Positions 34,853-46,800 of a stretch of DNA of 64,000 nt are shown one piece after another (within the stretch, counting starts at the first letter, position 1; every line of letters begins with the position of its first letter). The translations under genes were made by a program, and so were the position numbers. Under the pieces are notes generated by a model. The model made no database searches, had not been told where the DNA came from, and saw nothing but the letters and a program-made list of their open reading frames with translations. Source of the stretch: Heptranchias perlo (Eukaryota); NCBI RefSeq assembly GCF_035084215.1, contig NW_027138580.1, positions 496,001 to 560,000 on the forward strand. The letters are read 5' to 3'.

Positions 34853-36684
34853 GAATCCAAAGAGCTTCTACAAATACATAAAGGGCAAAAGAGTAACTAG
34901 GGAGAGAGTAGGGCCTCTTAAGGATCAACAAGGTCATCTATGTGTGGAACCACAAGGGATGGGTGAGATCCTGAATGAATATTTCACATCGGTATTTACG
35001 GTTGAGAAAGGCATGGATGTTAGGGAACTTGGGGAAATAAATAGTGATGTCTTGAGGAGTGTACATATTACAGAGAGGGAGGTGCTGGAAGTCTGAACGC
35101 TCATCAAGGTAGATAAATCTCCGGGACCTGATGAAATGTATCCCAGGACGTTATGGGAGGTTAGGGAGGAAATTGCGGGTCCCCTAGCAGAGATATTTGA
35201 ATCATCCACCACTACAGGTGAGGTGCCTGAAGATTGGAGGGTAGCAAATGTTGTGCCTTTGTTTAAGAAGGGCGGCAGGGAAAAGCCTGGGAACTACAGA
35301 CCGGTGAGCCTGACATCTGTAGTGGGTAAGTTGTTCGAGGGTATTCTGAGGGACAGGATCTACAGGCATTTGGAGAGGCAGGGACTAATTAGGAACAGTC
35401 AGCATGGTTTTGTGAGAGGAAAATCATGTCTCACGAATTTGATTGAGTTTTTTGAAGGGGTAACCAAGAAGATAGATGAGGGCTGTGCAGTAGACGTGGT
35501 CTACATGGACTTCAGCAAAGCCTTTGACAAGGTGCCGCATGGTAGGTTGTTACATAAGGTTAAATCTCATGGGATCCAAGGTGAGGTAGCTAATTGGATA
35601 CAAAATTGGCTTGACGACAGAAGACAGAGGGTGGTTGTAGAGGGTTGTTTTTCAAACTGGATGCCTGTGTCCAGCGGTGTGCCTCAGGGATCGGTGCTGG
35701 GTCCGCTGTTATTTGTTATTTATATTAATGATTTGGATGAGAATTTAGGAGGCATGGTTAGTAAGTTTGCAGATGACACCAAGATTGGTGGCATTGTGGA
35801 CAGTGAAGAAGGTTATCTAGGATTGCAACGGGATCTTGATAAATTGGGCCACTGGGCCGATGAATGGCAGATGGAGTTTAATTTAGATAAATGTGAGGTG
35901 ATGCATTTTGGTAGATCGAATCGGGCCAGGACCTACTCCGTTAATGGTAGGGCGTTGGGGAGAGTTATAGAACAAAGAGATCTAGGAGTACAGGTTCATA
36001 GCTGCTTGAAAGTGGAGTCACAGGTGGATAGAGTGGTGAAGAAGGCATTCGGCATGCTTGGTTTCATTGGTCAGAACATTGAATGCAGGAGTTGGGATGT
36101 CTTGTTGAAGTTGTACAGGGCATTGGTGAGGCCACACTTGGAGTACTGTGTACAGTTCTGGTCACCCTATTATAGAAAGGATATTATTAAACTAGAAAGA
36201 GTGCAAAAAAGATTTACTAGGATGCTACCGGGACTTGATGGTTTGACTTATAGGGAGAGGTTAGACAGACTGGGACTTTTTTCCCTGGAGAGTAGGAGGT
36301 TAAGGGGTGATCTTATAGAAGTCTATAAAATAATGAGGGGCATAGATAAGGTAGATAGTCAAAATCTTTTCCCAAAGGTAGGGGAGTCTATAACGAGGGG
36401 GCATAGATTTAAGGTGAGAGGGGAGAGATACAAAAGGGTCCAGAGGGGCAATTTTTTCACTCAAAGGGTGGTGAGTGTCTGGAAAGAGCTGCCAGAGGCA
36501 GTAGTAGAGGCGGGTACAATTTTGTCTTTTAAAAAGCATTTGGACAGTTACATGGGTAAGATGGGTATAGAGGGATATGGGCCAAGTGCAGGCAATTGGG
36601 ACTAGCTTAGTCGTATAAACTGGGCGACATGGACATGTTGGGCCGAAGGGCCTGTTTCCATGTTGTAACTTCTATGATTCTATG
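34853..36684 (+). mobile_element. CR1 LINE, 5'-truncated, with an intact RT domain (ORF 35136-36605)
   Basis: NYRPVSLTSVVGK, DFSKAFDKVPH, GVPQGSVLGP, KFADD. One TGA at 35094-35096 and no endonuclease domain. Tail TTCTATGATTCTATG. Inserted into a satellite unit at CAGCACAG|TATTACTAG. Confidence 0.95.
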
Positions 36685-38970
36685 TATTACTAGACTGATA
36701 TATAATGTGTACAGCACTGTATTACTAGACTAATATATAATGTGTACAGTACTGTATTACTAGACTAATATATAATGTGTACAGTACTGTATCACTCGAC
36801 TAATATATAATGTGTACAGCACTATTACTAGACTAATAATATATAATGTGTACAGTACTGTATTACTAGACTAATAATATGTGTACAGTACTGTATTACT
36901 AGACTAATATATAATGTGTACAGTACTGTATTACTAGACTGATAATATATAATGTGTACAGCACTGTATTACTAGACTGATATATAATGTGTACAGCACT
37001 GTATTACTAGACTAATATATAATGTGTACAGTACTGTATCACTCAACTAATAATATATAATGTGTACAGTACTGTATTACTAGACTAATAACATATAATG
37101 TGTACAGTACTGTATTACCAGACTAATGCATACAGTACTGTATTACTGGACGAATATAATGTGTACAGTACTGTATTACGAGACTAATAATACATAATGT
37201 GTACAGCACTGTATTACTAGACTAATAATACATAATGTGTACAGTACTGTATTACTAGACTAATAATATATAATGTGTACAGTACTGTATTACGAGACTA
37301 ATAATGTGTGTACAGCACTGTGTTACTAGACTAATATATAATGTGTACAGTACTGTATTAATCGACGAATAAATAATCTGTACAGTACTGTATTACTAGA
37401 CTAATGCATACAGTACTGTATTACTGGACTAATATGTGTACAGTACTGTATTACGAGACTAATAATATATAATGTGTACAGTACTGTATTACTAGACCAA
37501 TATATAATGTGTACAGTACTCTATTACTAGACTAATATAATGTGTACAGTACTGTATTACTAGACTAATATATAATGTGTACAGTACTGTATTACTAGAC
37601 TAATATATAATGTGTACAGTACTGTATGACTCGACTAATATATAATGTGTACAGCACTGTATTACTAGACTAATAATATAGAATGTGTACAGTACTGTAT
37701 TACTAGACTAATATATAATGTGTACAGCACTGTATTACTAGACTAATAATATATAATGTGTACAGTACTGTATTACTAGACTAATATATAATGTGTACAG
37801 TACTGTATCACTCAACTAATAATATATAATGTGTACAGTACTGTATTACTAGACTAATAACATATAATGTGTACAGTACTGTATTACCAGACTAATAATG
37901 TGTGTACAGCACTGTATAACTAGACTAATATATAATGTGTACAGTACTGTATTAATCGACGAATAAATAATCTGTACAGTACTGTATTACTAGACTAATG
38001 CATACAGTACTGTATTACTGGACTAATGTGTACAGTACTGTATTACGAGACTAATAATATAAAATGTGTACAGTACTGTATTACTAGACTAATATATAAT
38101 GTGTACAGTACTGTATTACGAGACTAATATATAATGTGTACAGCACTGTATTACTAGACCAATAATATATAATGTGTACAGTACTGTATGACTAGACTAA
38201 TAATATATAGTGTGTACAGCACTGTATTACTAGACTAATATATAATGTGTACAGTACTGTATTACTAGACTAATAATATTTAATGTGTACAGTACTGTAT
38301 TACTAGATTAATAATATATAATGTGTACAGTACTGTATTACTAGACTAATAATATATAATGTGTACAACACTATGACTAGACTAATAACATATAATGTGT
38401 ACAGTACTGCATTACTAGACTAATATATAATGTGCACAGCACTATTACTAGACTAATGATATATAATGTGTACAGTACTGTATTACTAGACTAAAATATG
38501 TGTACAGCACTGTATTACTAGACTAATAATATATAATGTGTACAGTACTATTACTAGACTAATAACATATAATGTGTACAGTACTGTATTACTAGACTAA
38601 TAATATATAATGTGTACAGCACTATTACTAGACTAATAACATATAATGTGTACAGTACTGTATTACTAGACGAATAAATAAACTGTACAGTACTATTACT
38701 AGACTAATGTGTACAATACTGTATTACTAGACTAATATATAATGTGTACAGCACTGTATTACAAGACGAATAATATATAATGTGTACAGTACTGTATTAC
38801 TAGACTGATATATAATGTGTACAGCACTATTACTAGACTAATAATATATAATGCGTAAGTACTGTATTACTAGACTAATATATGTGTACAGCACTATTAC
38901 TAGACTAATAATATATAATGTAAACAATTTTACAACACCAAGTTATAGTCCAACAATTTTTATTTGAAAT

Positions 38971-39008
38971 CTACAAGCTTTCGGAGGCTTCCTCCTTCGT
39001 CAGGTAAA
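38971..39008 (-). ncRNA. Minimal type-I hammerhead ribozyme motif (solo Penelope pLTR fragment)
   Basis: Minus strand reads TTTAC-CTGACGA-A-GGAGG-AAG-CCTCC-GAAA-GCTT-GTAGA. It has the CUGANGA and GAAA core, a 5-bp stem II, palindromic AAGCUU at stem III and stem I UAC/GUA. Confidence 0.8.
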
Positions 39009-40654
39009 TGTGTAAGTACTGTATTACTGGACTAATATATGTGTACAGCACTGTATTACTAGACTAATAATATGCACAGTACTGTATTACTAGACTAATA
39101 ATATATAATGTATACAGTACTGTATTACTAGACTAATAATATATAATGTTTACAGCACTATTACTAGACTAATAATATATAATGTGTACAGTACTGTATT
39201 ACTAGACTGATATCTTATGTGCACAGTACTGTATTACTAGATTAATGTGTACAGTACTGTATTGCTAGATTAATAATGTGTACAGTACTGTATTTCTAGA
39301 CTAATATCTAATGTGTACAGTACTGTATTACTAGACTAATAATATATAATGTGTACAGTACTGTATTACTAGACTAATAAGTAATGTGCACAGCACTGTA
39401 TTACTAGACTAATATATAATGTGTACAGTACTGTATTACTAGACTAATAATATGTGTACAGTACTGTACTACTAGACTGATCTAATGTGTACAGTACTGT
39501 ATTACTAGACTAATAATAGAAAATGTGTACAGTACTGTATTACTAGACTAATAATATATAATGTGTACAGCACTATGACTAGACTAATAACATATAATGT
39601 GTACAGCACTGTATTCCTAGACTAATAATATATAATGTGTACAGTACTGTATTACTAGACTGATATATAATGTGTACAGCACTATTACTAGACTAATAAT
39701 ATATAATGTGGACAGTACTGTATTACTAGACTAATAATATATAATGTGTACAGTACTGTATTACTAGACTGATATCTTATGTGCACAGTACTGTATTACT
39801 AGATTAATGTGTACAGTACTGTATTGCTAGATTAATAATGTGTACAGTACTGTATTTCTAGACTAATATCTAATGTGTACAGTACTGTATTACTAGACTA
39901 ATAATATAGTGTACAGCACTATTACTAGACTAATAATATATAATGTGTACAGTACTGTATTACTAGACTGATATATAATGTGTACAGTACTGTATTACTA
40001 GACTAATATATGTGTACAGTACTGTATTACTAGACTAATATATAATGTGTACAGTACTGTATTACTAGACTAATATATAATGTGTACAGCACTGTATTAC
40101 TAGACTAATATATAATGTGTACAGTACTGTATTACTAGACTAATAATATGTGTACAGTACTGTATTACTAGACTAATATATAATGTGTACAGTACTGTAT
40201 TACTAGACTAATATATAATGTGTACAGTACTGTATTACTAGACTAATAATATGTGTACAGTACTGTATTACTAGACTAATATATAATGTGTACAGTACTG
40301 TATTACTAGACTAATATATAATGTGTACAGTACTGTATTACTAGACTAATATATAATGTGTACAGTACTGTATTACTAGACTAATATATAATGTGTACAG
40401 TACTGTATTACTAGACTAATATATAATGTGTACAGTACTGTATTACTAGACTAATATATAATGTGTACAGTACTGTATTACTAGACTAATATATAATAAT
40501 ACCCTGCTCACTGTTTACTCTCTGATTACATTGGAAATATCTCTGTCTTCTTTGTCTGCAGAGAGGAGCTCCCCACCCCTCCACCTCACTCCCTCTCCCC
40601 CCGGGTGAACTGTCGAGGGGATCCCCGTGCCCCCTCCCCGGGTGAACTGTTGGG

Positions 40655-41060
40655 AATCCGAGGCCTGTCGAGGATCTCCCTCAATCCGAGGCCTGTCGAG
40701 GATCTCCCTCAATCCGAGGCCTGTCGAGGGTCTCCCTCAATCCGAGGCCTGTCGAGGATCTCCCTCAATCCGAGGCCTGTCGAGGATCTCCCTCAATCCG
40801 AGGCCTGTCGAGGATCTCCCTCAATCCGAGGCCTGTCGAGGATCTCCCTCAATCCGAGGCCTGTCGAGGATCTCCCTCAATCCGAGGCCTGTCGAGGATC
40901 TCCCTCAATCCGAGGCCTGTCGAGGATCTCCCTCAATCCGAGGCCTGTCGAGGATCTCCCTCAATCCGAGGCCTGTCGAGGATCTCCCTCAATCCGAGGC
41001 CTGTCGAGGGTCTCCCTCAATCCGAGGCCTGTCGAGGGTCTCCCTCAATCCGAGGCCTGT
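40655..41060. repeat. 28-bp CpG-containing VNTR (AATCCGAGGCCTGTCGAGGATCTCCCTC), 14 full copies plus a partial
   Basis: Units start at 40655, 40683 … 41047. Confidence 0.96.
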
Positions 41061-41065
41061 TCAGA

Positions 41066-41490
41066 ATCTCCATGGCAACCGATCCCTTTTCCTCTTCTCT
41101 TTCACCGCCCGCCGTTTGTTGCTCCGCCCCCTCCGTGACGCAATCGCGCGCTCCCGGGCCAATGGGAAGCGCGGGGCGGGTCCTGGAGGACTCGGCGGTC
41201 CTCCAACCAATCAGCGCGCGGGGTTGAGCCCCTCCCCCCTCCCCCCTGGCGGGGTCGACCTGCGGCCTTTGACCTCCCGGTGTTGTCTGATCCGGAGTGA
41301 GGGCCGTCGCCTGGTCTTTGTCGCCCCTCTGATTCCCTTCAATGAGCGGCCCCGCTTCCAGCTTCACCCGCGGGCCCGGGGTCCTCCCCCCTCCCCCGCT
41401 CTGTCCCCGGGCCGATCATCGCTTCTTTCCCCGTCTGTTCGCTTCAAATTGTGATTTCCAGGGAGTGAAGCCGAGGAGGAGCAGCAGGTC
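41066..41490 (+). promoter_or_regulatory. CpG island, probable promoter/first exon of ZNF-D
   Basis: RFX-like ATCTCCATGGCAAC (41066), GTGACGCAAT (41135), CCAAT boxes at 41159 and 41207, GC box GGGGCGGG (41173). The next gene downstream on the plus strand is ZNF-D. Confidence 0.62.
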
Positions 41491-41585
41491 TCCATTACTG
41501 GATGTGGAGATGCCGGTGATGGACTGGGGTTGACAATTGGAAACAATTTTACACCAAGTTATAGTCCAACAAATTTATTTTAAAT

Positions 41586-41624
41586 CCCACAAGTTTTCGG
41601 AGGCTTCCTCCTTCCTCAGGTGAA
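41586..41624 (-). ncRNA. Minimal type-I hammerhead ribozyme motif in the 3' pLTR (stem III palindrome mutated)
   Basis: Minus strand reads TTCAC-CTGAGGA-A-GGAGG-AAG-CCTCC-GAAA-ACTT-GTGGG. Confidence 0.7.
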
Positions 41625-41808
41625 CGGTGTGGAAATGACATTTTCGAATCCTTCGCATTTGAAAATCACAGAACAAAGCCTGGTGATGACTGCCCGTTGC
41701 CAAGGCAATCACAGTGAGCAGACAGAAAGGTGTCACCTAAAAGGCCACCGAATATACAAACCCCCCCAAAAAAAGAGAGAGAAGGAAGACAGTCAATGAC
41801 CCGTTATA

Positions 41809-43410
41809 TTAAAAACAGATAACATTTGTTCGCTGGTGGGGTAACGTGTAGTGTGACATGAACCCAAGATCCCGGTTGAGGCCGTCCTCATGGGTGCGGA
41901 ACTTGGCTATCAATTTCTGCTCGACGATTTTGCGTTGTCGTGTGTCTCGAAGGCCGCCTTGGAGAACGCTTACCCGAAGGTCGGTGGCTGAATGTCCATG
42001 ACTGCTGAAGTGTTCCCCGACTGGGAGGGAACCCTCCTGTTTGGCGATTGTTGCGCGGTGTCCGTTCATCCGTTGTGGCAGCGTCTGCATGGTCTCGCCA
42101 ATGCACCATGCTCCGGGGCATCCTTTCCTGCAACGTATGAGGTAGACAACGTTGGCCGAGTCACAGGAGTATGAACCGTGCACCTGGTGGGTGGTGTCCT
42201 CTCGTGTGATGGTGGTATCTGTGTCGATGATCTGGCATGTCTTGCAGAGGTTACCGTGGCAGGGTTGTGTGGTGTCGTGGACGCTGTTCTCCTGAAAGCT
42301 GGGTAATTTGCTGCGAACGATGGTTTGTTTGAGGTTGGGTGGCTGTTTAAAGGCGAGTCGTGGAGGTGTGGGGATGGCCATAGCGAGGTGTTCGTCATCA
42401 TTGATGACATGTTGAAGGCTGCGGAGAACATGGCGTAGTTTCTCCGCTCCGGGGAAGTACTGGACAACGAAGGGTACTCTGTTGGTTGCGTCCCGTGTTA
42501 GTCTTCTGAGGAGGTCTACGCGATTTTTCGCTGTGGCCCGTCGGAACTGTCGATCGATGAGTCGAGCGTCATATCCCGTTCTTACTAGGGCGTCTTTCAG
42601 CGTCTGTAGGTGTCCATCGCGTTCCTCCTCGTCTGAGCAGACCCTGTGCATTCGCAGGGCCTGTCCAAAGGGGATGGCCTCTTTGACGTGGTTAGGGTGG
42701 AAGCTGGAAAAGTGGAGCATCGTGAGGTTGTCCGTGGGCTTGCGGTAGAGTGAGGTGCTGAGGTGCCCGTCTTTGATGGAGATTCGTGTGTCCAAGAAAG
42801 AAACTGATTCTGAGGAGTAGTCCATGGTGAGCTTGATGGTGGGATGGAACTTGTTGATGTTATCGTGTAGTCTCTTTAGTGATTCCTCGCCGTGGGTCCA
42901 TGGAAAGAAAATGTCGTCGATGTATCTGGTGGATAGTGTTGGTTGGAGGTCCTGTGCAGTGAAGAAGTCCTGCTCGAACTTGTGCATGAAAATGTTGGCG
43001 TATTGGGGTGCGCATTTGGTCCCCATGGCTGTTCCGTGTGTTTGGGTAAAGAACTGGTTATTGAAGGTGAAGACATTGTGATCCAGGACGAAGCGGATGA
43101 GTTGTAGGATGGCGTCTGGAGATTGGCTGTTGTTGGTGTTGAGTATTGATGCTGTCGCAGCGATGCCGTCATCGTGGGGGATACTGGTGTAGAGTGCCGA
43201 GACGTCCATCGTGGTGAGAAGTGTTCCTGGTTCAACAGGTCCGTGGGTACTGAGTTTTTGTAAAAAGTCTGTAGTGTCGCGATAGAAGCTGGGGGTTCCC
43301 TGCACGATGGGTTTCAGGATGCCCTCGAAGTATCCAGAGAGGTTCTCACACAGGGTTCTGTTGCCTGATACGATAGGACGTCCGGGTGTGTTGGCTTTGT
43401 GTATCTTCGG
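41809..43410 (-). pseudogene. Penelope RT plus GIY-YIG endonuclease reading frame (N-terminally truncated)
   Basis: Uninterrupted frame from PKIHK (43410) to the stop at 41809. The 28 N-terminal codons of the 561-aa ORF come from the inverted repeat. The YIG motif reads CIG. Confidence 0.85.
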
Positions 43411-43762
43411 GTAAGCATACTCCAAGGCGGCCTTCGAGACACACGACAACGCAAAATCGTCGAGCAGAAATTGATAGCCAAGTTCCGCACCCATGAGGAC
43501 GGCCTCAACCGGGATCTTGGGTTCATGTCACACTACACGTAACCCCACCAGCGAACAAATGTTATCTGTTTTTAATATAACGGGTCATTGACTGTCTTCC
43601 TTCTCTCTCTCTTTTTTTTGGGGGGGTTTGTATATTCGGTGGCCTTTTAGGTGACACCTTTCTGTCTGCTCACTGTGATTGCCTTGGCAACGGGCAGCAA
43701 TCACCAGGCTTTGTTCCGTGATTTTCAAATGCAAAGGATTCGAAAATGTCATTTCCATACCG

Positions 43763-43801
43763 TTCACCTGAGGAAGGAGGAAGCCTCCGAAAGCTTGTGG
43801 A
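43763..43801 (+). ncRNA. Minimal type-I hammerhead ribozyme motif in the inverted pLTR
   Basis: TTCAC-CTGAGGA(43768)-A-GGAGG-AAG-CCTCC-GAAA(43789)-GCTT-GTGGA. Confidence 0.8.
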
Positions 43802-43833
43802 ATTTAAAATAAATCCATTACTGGAGGAAGAGA

Positions 43834-46800
43834 GATAATAATCCATACAGTGTCTATAGGATGGTGATATAGTCCATACAGTGTCTATAGGGTGGTGATA
43901 ATAATCCATACAGTGTCTATAGGGTGGTGATAATAATCCATACAGCGTCTATAGGATGGTGATAATAATCCATACAGTGTCTATAGGATGGTGTTAATAA
44001 TCCATACAGTGTCTATAGGGTGGTGATAATAATCCATACAGTGTCTATAGGATGGTGATATAGTCCATACAGTGTCTACAGGATGATGATAATAGTCCAT
44101 ACAGTGTCGATAGGATGGTGATATAGTCCATACAGTGTCTATAGGATGGTGATAATAGTCCATACAGTGTCTATAGGATGGTGATATAGTCCATACAGTG
44201 TCTATAGGATGGTGATATAGTCCATACAGTGTCTATAGGATGGTGATATAGTCCATACAGTGTCTAGAGGATGGTGATAATAGTCCATACAGTGTCTATA
44301 GGATGGTGATAATAGTCCGTACAGTGTCTATAGGATGGTGATATAGTCCATACAGTGTTTATAGGATGGTGATAATAATCCACACAGTGTCTATAGGATG
44401 GTGATAATAATCCATACAGTGTCTATAGGATGGTGATATAATCCATACAGTGTCTATAGGATGGTGATAATAGTCCATACAATGTCGATAGGATGGTGAT
44501 ATAGTCCATACAGTGTCTATAGGATGGTGATAATAATCCATACAGTGTCTATAGGATGGTGATAATAGTCCATACAGTGTCTATGGGATGGTGATATAAT
44601 CCATACAGTGTCTATAGGATGGTGATAATAATCCATACAATGTCTATAGGATGGTGATATAATCCATACAGTGTCTATAGGATGGTGATAATAATCCATA
44701 CAGTGTCTATAGGATGGTGATAATAATCCATACAGTGTCTATAGGATGGTGATATAGTCCATACAGTGTCGATTGGATGGTGATAATAATCCATACAATG
44801 TCTATAGGATGGTGATAATAATCCATACAGTGTCTATAGGATGGTGATAATAATCCATACAGTGTCTATAGGATGGTGATAATAATCCATACAGTGTCTA
44901 TAGGATGGTGATAATAATCCATACAATGTCTATAGGATGGTGATAATAATCCATACAGTGTCTATAGGATGGTGATAATAATCTATACAGTGTCTATAGG
45001 ATGGTGATATAATCCATACAGTGTCTATAGGATGGTGATAATAGTCCATACAATGTCGATAGGATGGTGATATAGTCCATACAGTGTCTATAGGATGGAG
45101 ATAATAATCCATACAGTGTCTATAGGATGGTGATAATAATCCATACAGTGTCTATAGGATGGTGATAATAGTCCGTACAGTGTCTATAGGATGGTGATAA
45201 TAGTCCATACAATGTCGATAGGATGGTGATATAGTCCATACAGTGTCTATAGGATGGTGATAATAATCCATACAGTGTCTATAGGATGGTGATAATAGTC
45301 CATACAGTGTCTATAGGATGGTGATATAATCCATACAGTGTCTATAGGATGGTGATAATAATCCATACAATGTCTATAGGATGGTGATATAATCCATACA
45401 GTGTCTATAGGATGGTGATAATAATCCATACAGTGTCTATAGGATGGTGATAATAATCCATACAGTGTCTATAGGATGGTGATATAGTCCATACAGTGTC
45501 GATTGGATGGTGATAATAATCCATACAATGTCTATAGGATGGTGATAATAATCCATACAGTGTCTATAGGATGGTGATAATAATCCATACAGTGTCTATA
45601 GGATGGTGATAATAATCCATACAGTGTCTATAGGATGGTGATAATAATCCATACAATGTCGATAGGATGGTGATAATAATCCATACAGTGTCTATAGGAT
45701 GGTGATAATAATCTATACAGTGTCTATAGGATGGTGATATAATCCATACAGTGTCTATAGGATGGTGATAATAGTCCATACAATGTCGATAGGATGGTGA
45801 TATAGTCCATACAGTGTCTATAGGATGGAGATAATAATCCATACAGTGTCTATAGGATGGTGATAATAATCCATACAGTGTCTATAGGATGGTGATAATA
45901 GCCCATACCGTGTCTATAGGATGGTGATATAATCCATACAGTGTCTATAGGATGGTGATAATAGTCCATACAATGTCTATAGGATGGTGATATAATCCAT
46001 ACAGTGTCTATAGGATGGTGATAATAATCCATGCAGTGTCTATAGGATGGTGATAATAATCCATACAGTGTCTATAGGATGGTGATAATAGTCCATACAG
46101 TGTCTATGGGATGGTGATAATAATCCATACAGTGTCTATAGGATGGTGATAATAGTCCATACAATGTCTATAGGATGGTGATATAATCCATACAGTGTCT
46201 ATAGGATGGTGATAATAATCCATACAGTGTCTATAGGATGGTGATAATAATCCATACAGTGTCTATAGGATGGTGATAATAATCCACACGGTGTCTATAG
46301 GATGGTGATAATAATCCATACAATGTCTATAGGATGGTGATAATAATCCACACGGTGTCTATAGGATGGTGATAATAATCCATACAATGTCTATAGGATG
46401 GTGATAATAATCCACACGGTGTCTATAGGATGGTGATAATAATCCATACAATGTCTATAGGATGGTGATAATAATCCATACAGTGTCTATAGGATGGTGA
46501 TATAATCCATACAGTGTCTATAGGATGGTGATAATAATCCATACAATGTCTATAGGATGGTGATAATAATCCATACAGTGTCTATAGGATGGTGATAATA
46601 ATCCATACAGTGTCTATAGGATGGTGATAATAATCCACACGGTGTCTATAGGATGGTGATAATAGTCCATACAGTGTCTATAGGATGGTGATATAATCCA
46701 TACAGTGTCTATAGGATGGTGATAATAGTCCATACAGTGTCTATAGGCTAGTGATATAGTCCATACAGTGTCTATAGGATGGTGATATAGTCCATACAGT

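Larger units (their letters stand above)
34531..40498. repeat. AT-rich ~35-bp satellite (CTAATATATAATGTGTACAGTACTGTATTACTAGA), interrupted by a CR1 and a solo hammerhead insertion
   Basis: Degenerate 30-38-bp units become a perfect 35-mer at 40260-40498. Each unit contains the palindrome TACAGTACTGTA. Confidence 0.93.
41503..43813 (-). mobile_element. Penelope-like retroelement, 5'-truncated with an inverted pLTR
   Basis: RT motifs (PKIHK, GRPIVS, MDVSALYTSI, GTAMG, RYIDDIF, FLD) and C-terminal GIY-YIG (VVYLIRC…WCIGET…R..H). ~410-bp inverted repeat 41573-41979 / 43405-43813. TSD TCCATTACTGGA at 41491-41502 and 43814-43825. Confidence 0.95.

Noticed and set aside
35136-36605. Active or domesticated reverse transcriptase gene
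   Set aside because: 5'-truncated CR1 lacking the endonuclease, with an upstream in-frame stop and a standard CR1 tail.
43411-43494. N-terminus of the 561-aa ORF as the real Penelope start
   Set aside because: These 28 codons are the antisense of the inverted pLTR. The native N-terminal domain is missing.
41573-43813. DNA transposon with long terminal inverted repeats
   Set aside because: The interior encodes RT plus GIY-YIG, not a transposase, and the inverted repeat is not terminal on the left. This fits Penelope 5' inversion.
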